Shown in pieces: positions 26,456-34,557 of a stretch of DNA of 64,000 nt. A program made the position numbers and the translations under genes. Numbering within the stretch: position 1 is the first letter of the stretch; each line of letters opens with the position of its first letter. The notes below the pieces were generated by a model, which was given only the letters and a program-made list of their open reading frames with translations, was not told where the DNA came from and ran no database searches. The DNA comes from Rhodospirillaceae bacterium (GTDB lineage Bacteria; Pseudomonadota; Alphaproteobacteria; Rhodospirillales; UBA2165): the NCBI GenBank assembly GCA_018674495.1, contig JABHAA010000026.1, positions 84,075 to 148,074 on the forward strand. Direction: 5' to 3'.

Positions 26456-27225
26456 TCGCCAATATCCATATAGTGGCGGGTCCAGGGATCGGCCTTCAGC
26501 ATTTCTTCGGCACGGTCCCTGTCGGCCGGCGTATCAACGCCTAGGGTTGGCCGGTCTGCGATAACGACGCTCACCTCAAATCCGTTTTCGAGGCCGCGCA
26601 GGATATCGATCTGCTCGGCCTGCTCCAAAGGGGTCGGCGGCATCTTGGAAAACTGATCGATGAACGAGCGGGTAAAGCAGATGATCCCGGTCTGCTGGTA
26701 GGCGGGCGCGGGGTCATCCCGAAAACAGGCGGGGATCGGCGCCCTCGAAAAATACAACGCCTTGCCGGTAGGCGCCGCGACCACCTTGACCCGGTTGGGA
26801 TCGGTGAGGTCGGCCTCATTGGCCAGCGGCGAGATCACGTTGACGATTTCGGAGCCGCCTTTGGCGAACTTATCGGCGACCGCATCGCCCATATCGGGCC
26901 CAAACAGAATTTCATCGCCCTGCACCATCAGCACCGGTGCATCCGGCGCCAGATCGGGCTGGAAATTTTGAATGGCCTGCTGAGTGCGGTGCATTGCGCT
27001 GGGCTGCGCTTCATCGGTCATGACGACGGTAGCGCCGAAACCCTCAGCGGCGTCCTTGATCGACCCATCGCACGTGGCAATCACCACCGGGCCCAGCTTT
27101 TTGGCCAGCCGGCAGCGCTCATATATATGTTGCACCATCGCCAGGCCAAGCATCGGAACCAACGGCTTACCGGGAAAGCGGCTGGAATTCATGCGCACCG
27201 GAATGACGCAAATGGGCGCCGTCAT
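26452..27225 (-). CDS. KdsB-like (CMP-ulosonate synthetase family) cytidylyltransferase
   Basis: 257 aa. N-terminal VIPVRMNSSRFPGKPLVPMLGLAMVQHIYER matches the IPAR..S.R.PGKPL...G.pMi signature of 3-deoxy-manno-octulosonate cytidylyltransferases. Confidence 0.75.
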   Translation of the reverse strand: MTAPICVIPVRMNSSRFPGKPLVPMLGLAMVQHIYERCRLAKKLGPVVIATCDGSIKDAAEGFGATVVMTDEAQPSAMHRTQQAIQNFQPDLAPDAPVLMVQGDEILFGPDMGDAVADKFAKGGSEIVNVISPLANEADLTDPNRVKVVAAPTGKALYFSRAPIPACFRDDPAPAYQQTGIICFTRSFIDQFSKMPPTPLEQAEQIDILRGLENGFEVSVVIADRPTLGVDTPADRDRAEEMLKADPWTRHYMDIGE

Positions 27226-28016
27226 TTCTGCAGGTCCCCAAACCCTTTGAGGGCATCGCGCATCGCCGTCAAATCGGTGCCGTAGGCAACGAAGCGAAAG
27301 CCTGACTTTATTTTGGCACGCAGCTCATCCAGATCCGTGCCCACCTGATGAATGCCTGGCGCTTTGCCGAACCGGCGGCAGGCATCCAAAACTGTGTCCA
27401 GCTTTTCCTGAAATTCAGGCCCAGAAAAATCACCGTGGGCGCCCATGCTGGCGGACAAATCGTAGGGCCCGATGAACACCGCGTCGGTCAGATCGGAGCC
27501 GATGATTGCCTCGGCCTCGGCGACGCCGCGCATGGTTTCAATCTGCGGCACCAGGAACGGACGGAACCCGGGCACAAGTTCATCGAACCGGTCGCCCCAT
27601 TGGTTGGCCCTGGATAGTCCGACGCCGCGGGTGCCGGCCGGCGGATAATGGCAGTGGCGGGCGAATTCGGCGAAATCATCGGCGCTTTCGACAACCGGTA
27701 TGATCAGCCCCTCTGCGCCGGCGTCCAAAAGCCGGCGGGCCAAGTACGGATCGGCGCTGGGAAGACGCACGAACGGGGTGGCTCCATGACGCTCGGCGGC
27801 GGCAAAAATAGAGATGGCGCTCTCGATATCAGCGGCGCCGTGCTCCATATCCACGGCCAGCCAATCGAAGCCGAGGGACGCCATCGCCTCGGCGGCCAGC
27901 GCCGAGGCGGAGGTAAGCCAGCAGCCGATGGAAGCCTCACCGGCGGCCAATTTATTTCGGATTTCGCTGATCATGTCATACATCTCATTCGGCAAAAATG
28001 GCCGCCCAAACCCCAT
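27222..28016 (-). CDS. HpcH/HpaI-family (class II, pyruvate-dependent) aldolase
   Basis: 264 aa with GCWLTSASALAAEAMASLGFDWLAVDMEHG, FVRLP and PQIET, typical of the 2-keto-3-deoxy-acid aldolase TIM barrel. Confidence 0.75.
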   Translation of the reverse strand: MGFGRPFLPNEMYDMISEIRNKLAAGEASIGCWLTSASALAAEAMASLGFDWLAVDMEHGAADIESAISIFAAAERHGATPFVRLPSADPYLARRLLDAGAEGLIIPVVESADDFAEFARHCHYPPAGTRGVGLSRANQWGDRFDELVPGFRPFLVPQIETMRGVAEAEAIIGSDLTDAVFIGPYDLSASMGAHGDFSGPEFQEKLDTVLDACRRFGKAPGIHQVGTDLDELRAKIKSGFRFVAYGTDLTAMRDALKGFGDLQK

Positions 28017-29574
28017 AATTCACATCGGCAAAAACCTGCTCGCGGGGAACCGGGCTGGGGCGCGGTAGATCTGAAAATGCGCCGGAAATATCGTCGCGCC
28101 CGGCGAAAGGCACGCTAACGTTTTCGGGCAATATGTCAATTGCGACCACTTGTTCGGCAACGAAGCGCAAGGTCGGTATGCCGGCAAAATAGGCTTCCAG
28201 CCCGACCGCCGAGGCGGCATAAAGAACGCCTGAGACCGCGCCCTGTTCCGGCAGCGGCGCATCGGTTCTTTCAAAACCCGGCGTATCTTCGAATGTCATC
28301 GGTAGCATCGGATGCGGCTTGACCAGAAAGCGAATGCCATCTTTGGCGGCAGCGCGAATGGCGCTCATCATTTCGGCGCCCACCGCGCCGGCGAAGGGCA
28401 GCGCCGCGAACACCGGCGCGGATGTATCAAAGCTGCATTTGGCAGGTCCAGAAAATCGGAATGCGCCGGCGATCTGCAAACGCTCTTCGGGCATCGACCA
28501 TTTCGCCAATTGGGCATAATAGGGCGCACCGATGCACAACACCCGGTCCGGAATGCTGGCCAGATAATCCACATTGGAAAGCGGCGCATAGTTGAGCATG
28601 TGCCGTCCGACCATAGAATGCTGATAGCCGACGGTGCCGATGCCAAGGGCATGGGCGCGGCGCACAAAGCTTCGCTCCCAGGAATGGTTTTCCCACGGCC
28701 AGGCGACAAGGACGGGGGCCATATCGGTCAGCCACCGTTGCTGGCAATGGTTCTGCCAGCGTATCATGGCGGCGGTGCCGGTGCCGCCTTCCCGCGCCGC
28801 CGCCCGCGCCACCAGCCAGCCATATGGGCCCTGCAAATGGCGCCTGGCGGGCCGCCAGCGGGCAAACGGCAGCGAGAATGCGTAGCGCCAATTGCCCCAG
28901 CCATTGAGGCTGACAGTGCCCGGATGCCGGGTCAGTTTTGCCAGTAACGGATCGATGCAATCCACATGCAGGATGCGCCGAAGGCCCGGATAAATTTGCA
29001 ACAGATCACCGAAATAGGCGTCCTTGCCCTCGGCGTCGCTGTAGGGATGTCCATAGGCCAGCAACCATTGCCCGCCCTTTGCGCCGGGCGTTGGGCGGTG
29101 CCCGTAAGTCCAAATGCGCCGCAGCACGGTGATCACGGTCTTGGCGCGCGCCGCATAGCCGCGGACAAACAGACGTAGTGCGGCGGGCCACAACCTTGGC
29201 GGCCGCCCGGCATCGACGCCGGGCCAGTTCTTTAAATGGCGATACAGCCAAGGGTCATCGCAAATCACCAGGGTCTTAGCGTCTTCGCCCGCCCATTCGT
29301 TGATCAGCTTTGTCCAGGCCAGCATGGTGCCGAAGTCCGACGCGTTGGTGACGCAGGCCGGCGTATGGGCGAGGGCAGAGGATGGATCGCCGGAAAGAGC
29401 TTTGCCGATGGCAAACCATTGCTCGGCACATTGATCGAAGGCGGCCTCCAGCTTGAGACCAACCCCAGGCCGCCGCCGCTCTCTCGGCAATGAGGCTGGA
29501 TCACCCGAAAGCACAACCCAACTGTCATAGCCGGCAGTGGTGGCTTGATCAGATCTACGCAAAATTACCGGCAA
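27985..29574 (-). CDS. Conserved-looking protein of unknown function (possible GT-B-like transferase for the CMP-activated sugar)
   Basis: 529-aa ORF in the operon frame, overlapping the aldolase gene by 32 nt. I recognise no motif. The transferase idea comes only from its position next to a cytidylyltransferase. Confidence 0.4.
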   Translation of the reverse strand: MPVILRRSDQATTAGYDSWVVLSGDPASLPRERRRPGVGLKLEAAFDQCAEQWFAIGKALSGDPSSALAHTPACVTNASDFGTMLAWTKLINEWAGEDAKTLVICDDPWLYRHLKNWPGVDAGRPPRLWPAALRLFVRGYAARAKTVITVLRRIWTYGHRPTPGAKGGQWLLAYGHPYSDAEGKDAYFGDLLQIYPGLRRILHVDCIDPLLAKLTRHPGTVSLNGWGNWRYAFSLPFARWRPARRHLQGPYGWLVARAAAREGGTGTAAMIRWQNHCQQRWLTDMAPVLVAWPWENHSWERSFVRRAHALGIGTVGYQHSMVGRHMLNYAPLSNVDYLASIPDRVLCIGAPYYAQLAKWSMPEERLQIAGAFRFSGPAKCSFDTSAPVFAALPFAGAVGAEMMSAIRAAAKDGIRFLVKPHPMLPMTFEDTPGFERTDAPLPEQGAVSGVLYAASAVGLEAYFAGIPTLRFVAEQVVAIDILPENVSVPFAGRDDISGAFSDLPRPSPVPREQVFADVNYGVWAAIFAE

Positions 29575-29604
29575 GGAATCCTGCGCGGCTGGATTTTCCG
29601 GGCC

Positions 29605-31203
29605 TCAATCATACGTCGCTGATTTGCCACGGGTGATGTCGTCCACAGTCAGCATCCGGTTTTCAAGCAGCTTGGCGTCGTCTTCCCAGTTTTGCTCTTC
29701 ATCGCCGCCGGCGTGGAAATAAGAGTTGGCATAACGTGCGCGCAGCTCGTCATAAATCCGATTGCCTTCTTCGTCGTCCTTTTCGGCGCGTTCGATCAAC
29801 GGCCAGTCTTTTTCCGGAAAGCGCACATAAAGGGCGAAGGTTTTGCGCAAGCCCAGCACCTCTTCACGGGACAACTGCGGCTGGTCCAGGGCGAAATCCG
29901 ACAGGAACGATCCCGGCGTATGGTCCGGCTCGATAAAGCCTTCCTTAACGCAGACGGTTTGTAGATCGGTGCCATGGAACGGCGCGAACGGAGAGGCGTT
30001 GACGCTGTCGAAGGTCAGGTTGCGGTTCAGGTGAACGGTGTCGAATATCAATTCGCGGGTCTCACCGGGAAAGCCGATGATATTGTTGACCGTGAGCGGT
30101 ATCTCCGCCTGCTCGACAATTTCCGACGCCTTGATCATGTCGATATTGTCGAAGCGTTTGTGAATGACGCGGGAGCGGAAATCTTCGTTGCCGTGCTCCA
30201 AACCCATGGACATGCGGTGGCATCCCAGTTCGGCCAATCGCTCGATCCGCTCTTCGGTGACAGTTTCGGCGCGGGTTTGAATCCAGAACGGCAATTTGTA
30301 GCGGGCATAAACCTCGCAAAATTCGTCGAACTCTTGGTCGTTAAACAGAATGAATGTGTCGGAGGCGAAATACACATACTCCGCATCGTGGACGCGCACC
30401 AACTCTTCCAATTCCCGGCCGATGGCGGCGGCGGATTTCTTGCGGAAGAACCCCGAAGTGCCGTTGTCCCGATACATCTTCAACGTATAGGGCGAATTGC
30501 AGAAGGTGCATTTATAGGGACAGCCGCGATTGGTCTCAACGGGCACGGCACGATAAATCTTGCCGCCCATGGGACGCAACAAACGCTCGGGCTCGAACAG
30601 GCTGTAATCGGGGACCGGCTGGGCGCTGATATCTTCCAAGGGACGCATGGGGTTTTGCACCAACTGGCCACCATCGAGATAGGCCAGATTGGCGATGGAA
30701 CGGACGTCTCCCCCGGCCGCCAAGGCCTGGCAGATATCAACTAGCAATCCTTCGCCTTCGCCCATGCACACATAATCGATATGCTTGTTTTGCAAGATGA
30801 GTCTTGGTGCCGAGTAGGCGAGAACGCCGCCGGCCAGAACCGGCGCCGGATAATCGCCGATGGCATCGAGCAGCTTCAACGCCGGCGCGTAGGTGATTTC
30901 CAAAATGGAGGCGACAATCAGATCGGGCTTGAAGTCATCGATGATCTTGACGAAGTCGTCGACCATGTCGGTGGTCTTCAATTTGGAGCGCCGCACCGCA
31001 TCATCGACCGGGGTGGATTGCATGAAGCGCTCTTTGGCATCGTCCGATGTGATCGATGTCGCTTCGGTGTAAAAGGTGGTGTCGAACAACGCCAGCTCGA
31101 CGCCTTCACGCTTCAAAAGCGCCGTGAACAGGCCGACCGATATGGGCGGCGGGTTCATCAGTGTGCCGTTAGGATAGATGAATAGGACTTTGAATTTATT
31201 CAT
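29605..31203 (-). CDS. B12-binding-domain radical SAM enzyme (class B), paralogue 4
   Basis: 532 aa. N-terminal FKVLFIYPNG... Rossmann-like domain, then TNRGCPYKCTFCNS. Confidence 0.85.
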   Translation of the reverse strand: MNKFKVLFIYPNGTLMNPPPISVGLFTALLKREGVELALFDTTFYTEATSITSDDAKERFMQSTPVDDAVRRSKLKTTDMVDDFVKIIDDFKPDLIVASILEITYAPALKLLDAIGDYPAPVLAGGVLAYSAPRLILQNKHIDYVCMGEGEGLLVDICQALAAGGDVRSIANLAYLDGGQLVQNPMRPLEDISAQPVPDYSLFEPERLLRPMGGKIYRAVPVETNRGCPYKCTFCNSPYTLKMYRDNGTSGFFRKKSAAAIGRELEELVRVHDAEYVYFASDTFILFNDQEFDEFCEVYARYKLPFWIQTRAETVTEERIERLAELGCHRMSMGLEHGNEDFRSRVIHKRFDNIDMIKASEIVEQAEIPLTVNNIIGFPGETRELIFDTVHLNRNLTFDSVNASPFAPFHGTDLQTVCVKEGFIEPDHTPGSFLSDFALDQPQLSREEVLGLRKTFALYVRFPEKDWPLIERAEKDDEEGNRIYDELRARYANSYFHAGGDEEQNWEDDAKLLENRMLTVDDITRGKSATYD

Positions 31204-31305
31204 TGGAATATTTATAAACTACCTTGGAACTGTCTATCAATTAAAAGGTCTGAGCCGGAATGCGCCCATGGTATCGCCAATCGAAAGCGCCCGGCCAATA
31301 GCCAA

Positions 31306-31336
31306 ACCATATCTTGTTCATAGAATGAACGTCAAG
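31306..31336 (-). promoter_or_regulatory. Sigma70-like promoter with palindromic operator upstream of the rSAM-4 operon
   Basis: On the minus strand: -35 TTGACG (31335-31330), 18-nt spacer, -10 TATGGT (31311-31306). A perfect palindrome GTTCATagaATGAAC (31316-31330) abuts the -35, the same layout as at 6955-6974 and 34537-34556. Confidence 0.5.
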
Positions 31337-31356
31337 GAATGAAAGCCTGGATTTCA

Positions 31357-32226
31357 TCATTCCAGCATCCTCGACAGCTGCCCGGCGGACTGACGGTAAC
31401 GGCCATCAAGGCCGCCTTCGAGAACTAGGTCCAGATAGGTATCGGGCAAGTCCGCCTCAATCTGATCGGCCAGCAACGCATAGCGACCGGTGGCCTCTGA
31501 ATTGACGCCGCGGATACCGCTTCGGCAATATTTGTAGTAATTCGATATTAGGGCCAAGGCATCACCATGGATGCTGTCGATATTTCCAAAGGCAAAAGCA
31601 TACCAATCGACACGCGCTTTCAATTCTTCTTCGATGCGCGCCCCGGCGCCGCTGATTTCGCGCGCCAGCGCCTCTCCTGTCAAATCCGACAATCTCTGGT
31701 GGCCCATACCATGGGCGCCGACGGTATGGCCCATGGCACGAAGCTCGCCCAATTCGGACCATGTCATCAGGCGCCGATCTTCAGATATCTGGCGCCAATC
31801 GAGATTGCCTCTGAATATATTTGAAGCGATTGCCCGAGCCTGCGCCTCACCTTCCAAATCCACCAGCTCGGGGCAGACGAAAAACAGGGCTTTCACGCCG
31901 TGTCCTGCAAGGCATTTTGCGGCCACCCCGAAATTGGAAACAAAGCCATCATCGAAACTGATCAAGACCGGCAAACTCCCCCAATCATTGGCCGGATGTT
32001 CCGGGGGTGCCCCATCCAGCAGCAATTCTGCCTCTTCCGGCGACAGGATTTTTCGAGATACCTTCAAATCTTCCAAAAATCGCTCGAAGGCCATAATTTG
32101 CACGGCAGGAATATCGTGCAGCATCAGAATTCGAAATGCCGAGGCTGGCGGGCGGCCCTTGAAATTGTTGATGACGCGCCGGGCGGTCAGCCACGGTGCG
32201 GCGACTTGGTAGCGCAGCTTGTTCAA
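31357..32226 (-). CDS. NodB-homology polysaccharide deacetylase
   Basis: Motifs ISFDDG and AHGMGH. I chose the TTG start at 32226, which forms a TTGA start/stop overlap with the upstream FemAB-like gene and follows GAGGG. The listed 358-aa ORF (to 32433) would overlap that gene by 210 nt. Confidence 0.75.
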   Translation of the reverse strand: MNKLRYQVAAPWLTARRVINNFKGRPPASAFRILMLHDIPAVQIMAFERFLEDLKVSRKILSPEEAELLLDGAPPEHPANDWGSLPVLISFDDGFVSNFGVAAKCLAGHGVKALFFVCPELVDLEGEAQARAIASNIFRGNLDWRQISEDRRLMTWSELGELRAMGHTVGAHGMGHQRLSDLTGEALAREISGAGARIEEELKARVDWYAFAFGNIDSIHGDALALISNYYKYCRSGIRGVNSEATGRYALLADQIEADLPDTYLDLVLEGGLDGRYRQSAGQLSRMLE

Positions 32227-33239
32227 GCGGCCCTCGCCTTCGATACCCGCCAGCGCACAAGGCGCTGGATCAGGCCGCCACCAACCGCCTCTATTTCTGG
32301 GGCCAACCGGTAGGGCACTCCGTTCATTCCGGTTTTGAATTGCAACACACCCGGCGCGGTTAGTTCCGGATCGACGCCGCCAAGATCGAAATTTTTGAAA
32401 CCGGTTTTCTGCAATTCCACAAGCGCCCGCCAAAGAAGCAATTGACCAGCATTATTTTTGCGTCCGGCATCGGTGCTGGTGCCGGCCAGATATTCAGCGG
32501 CGGTGCCATAGCGGGCGATCAGCGCCGAAGCAATCGGAGCGCCATCCAGATAGGCTGTGAACACCTTCAGTTTGCGCGCCTCGGGCAAGCAACGCTGCAA
32601 GCCGGCAAGAAGGTCTGGCGTCACGGATGTGGTAAATCCGCGACCACCGACAAAGGCCCGGTAACTTTCCAGGAACTCGGCGAACAAGTCGGCACCTGTG
32701 CCCGACGCAATTTCCAGGTTCGCCCTTTCCGCCTTGTTGAGGCAGTTCCGCCATTTCTGTTTAAGCCCGGCCCGAAGATCATCTTGGGCGCGTGTCAGAT
32801 CGAGAACGGTTGATGCCCACCCCGACATTCCGGCATCTTGAAGGCCGCATGTTGATGCATCCAGAATAGTTGTTTCGCCCGGCACATGGCTCGGCGCAAG
32901 GCGCAGATACATGCCCCGCTCCAAGACATAGTAGGAATACAATTGGTGCAACGCCTCGCCATAAACCTCTGGCCCCTGGCCCGTGGTTGTCTGCCACAAA
33001 GGCGCCCGATTTATCCAGACCAGGCCGCCCGAAAACACCGGTATGGGGCGGATCAGCGCTTGAAATATGCTGGTAATTTCCTGGCCAGAGTGGAGCACAC
33101 CCCGCTCCACGCGCCAGCCGCCGTCTTCGGTCTTGGCTTCGCCATAGGCCCAGTCCTGCACCAGACTTCGATCACCGAACCGGGATTGCAGCGCATCCCA
33201 TTCGGAGCTCGAAAAATCGCGAATTTCAATTTTGCTCAT
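32223..33239 (-). CDS. FemAB-family (GNAT-fold, aminoacyl/peptidyl-transferase-like) protein
   Basis: I chose the start at MSKIEIRDFSS. The C-terminal AEYLAGTSTDAGRKNNAGQLLLWRAL....GFKNFDLGGV is typical of FemAB / lipid II glycyltransferase-like acetyltransferase folds. Confidence 0.7.
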   Translation of the reverse strand: MSKIEIRDFSSSEWDALQSRFGDRSLVQDWAYGEAKTEDGGWRVERGVLHSGQEITSIFQALIRPIPVFSGGLVWINRAPLWQTTTGQGPEVYGEALHQLYSYYVLERGMYLRLAPSHVPGETTILDASTCGLQDAGMSGWASTVLDLTRAQDDLRAGLKQKWRNCLNKAERANLEIASGTGADLFAEFLESYRAFVGGRGFTTSVTPDLLAGLQRCLPEARKLKVFTAYLDGAPIASALIARYGTAAEYLAGTSTDAGRKNNAGQLLLWRALVELQKTGFKNFDLGGVDPELTAPGVLQFKTGMNGVPYRLAPEIEAVGGGLIQRLVRWRVSKARAA

Positions 33240-33263
33240 ACGGATATATTGGCTTCGATTTTC

Positions 33264-33284
33264 CACGCTACCGCACGCCGGGTG
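33264..33284 (-). promoter_or_regulatory. ops/JUMPStart-like element directly downstream of the NusG-paralogue gene
   Basis: The minus strand reads CACCCGGCGTGCGGTAGCGTG. The last 12 nt match the E. coli ops GGCGGTAGCGTG at 11/12. It lies 24 nt upstream of the FemAB-like ATG. Confidence 0.55.
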
Positions 33285-33330
33285 CAACGGAACGAACCCG
33301 GCGGGCACAGTTTCCGCGTCTCGCCCGGCG

Positions 33331-33840
33331 CTAGGTTGTCAGCGCGCCGCTTGGTGTCACAATGCGAAGGCGCCGGCCCAAGATTTCCAGCAATACCACG
33401 CTCCGGTCTTTCGAGGCTTCGGCTTCGAATATGCCGGTGAGGCTGGCCAGCGGTCCGGACACGATCTTGACCGCGTCGCCTTGGGCCAAGTGCAAAAATT
33501 TATCCAGCAGGACGACGCCGCGCTCGTTCTCGCAGGCGCGTACTTCGTCGACAAAGCTACTCGGCACCGGTACCGGCGCATCGCCCTGGCAAACAAGATT
33601 GCTTACCCCGATTGTCGAATGGATGGCGCGCCAGCGTACATTGTCAAGACTCATACGGACGAACAGATATCTTGGGAAAAGGGCCTTTCGGACCCATTCT
33701 GTACGGCGCGCGTGCCTTCGTTGTTTTAGATGCTCGGGCAAATACACATCGAAGCCTTGATTGGCCAGATTGAATCTGGCCTTGGCTTCGGCGTTCGCCT
33801 GGGTATGGACCGCGTACCATTTTTCCATCGGGGTAATCAC
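33331..33840 (-). CDS. Specialised NusG paralogue (RfaH/UpxY-like transcription antiterminator)
   Basis: 169 aa. NGN domain (WYAVHTQANAEAKARFNLANQGFDVYLP...FPRYLFV) plus KOW motif (GDAVKIVSGPLASLTGIF). Its GTG start forms a GTGA overlap with the regulator gene upstream. Confidence 0.8.
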   Translation of the reverse strand: MITPMEKWYAVHTQANAEAKARFNLANQGFDVYLPEHLKQRRHARRTEWVRKALFPRYLFVRMSLDNVRWRAIHSTIGVSNLVCQGDAPVPVPSSFVDEVRACENERGVVLLDKFLHLAQGDAVKIVSGPLASLTGIFEAEASKDRSVVLLEILGRRLRIVTPSGALTT

Positions 33841-34520
33841 ATCAAGGTTGGTTGGGTTCGGGAGATATTCAAAAACCGGGGCGCTAGGATGGTTTGGGGC
33901 GGCACCTGTTTCGAGATCGTATCAAAAGTTTTTTGCGATGTTTCCAAATCGGTGATGATGACCGCATCGAATGCGCCGATATTTTGCAAATCGGTGAACA
34001 CTGCAAGATCGGAAAATTGAGCATCCCCAAATTTTGCGTCAACGATGCCAATCAGTTCCACCGGAAATTCCTTGGCGCACAGGATGGCAATCTCGGTCAA
34101 ATCGCTACAGCCGCAAAATATGATCCGGCGCAAATTCTGCTGCTCGCAGGTCTGATAGATGTCCGTGCATTGATTGCGCATTTCGCGAAAAAAATTGAAA
34201 GATATGGATAGATATTCAGCCGTCAGCCGGCTTTTTTCGGCGAAACCCTTGGGCGTCAGATAATAGGCAAAGCGGTTGGCCGGCGCCTGGTTGACCTTGA
34301 TGAGACCCTTTTTGATGCAGCGTTTAAGATACGTGTTGGCAAGGCCGAGCGCGATGCCCAACTCCTTGGACACCGAGCGCTGGGTAACCGTTGAGTCACC
34401 CTCGACCGCGTTCAGAAGACCAAGCGTGATTTTGGTTTCCGAGCCAACGGTGCTTTCGGACTGGTTCTCGGCCAAGCTGATTCCCCCTAGGGCCGTTAAA
34501 AAAGGGCCCGCCGCGTTCAA
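33837..34520 (-). CDS. Winged-helix (MarR-like, EPS-locus type) transcriptional regulator with extra C-terminal domain
   Basis: HTH region is LGLLNAVEGDSTVTQRSVSKELGIALGLANTYLKRCIKKGLIKV. The C-terminal ~110 aa (RIIFCGCSDLTEIAILCA...) looks Rossmann-like. An alternative TTG start at 34475 follows GGGGGA. Confidence 0.7.
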   Translation of the reverse strand: MNAAGPFLTALGGISLAENQSESTVGSETKITLGLLNAVEGDSTVTQRSVSKELGIALGLANTYLKRCIKKGLIKVNQAPANRFAYYLTPKGFAEKSRLTAEYLSISFNFFREMRNQCTDIYQTCEQQNLRRIIFCGCSDLTEIAILCAKEFPVELIGIVDAKFGDAQFSDLAVFTDLQNIGAFDAVIITDLETSQKTFDTISKQVPPQTILAPRFLNISRTQPTLM

Positions 34521-34557
34521 TGCGTGAACATACCTCGTTCACGATGTGAACGTCAAC
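34515..34557 (-). promoter_or_regulatory. Sigma70-like promoter with two palindromic operators upstream of the regulator operon
   Basis: On the minus strand: -35 TTGACG (34556-34551), 18-nt spacer, -10 TATGTT (34532-34527). A perfect palindrome GTTCACgatGTGAAC (34537-34551) and GTTCAAtgcGTGAAC (34515-34529) lie 22 bp apart. Confidence 0.55.
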
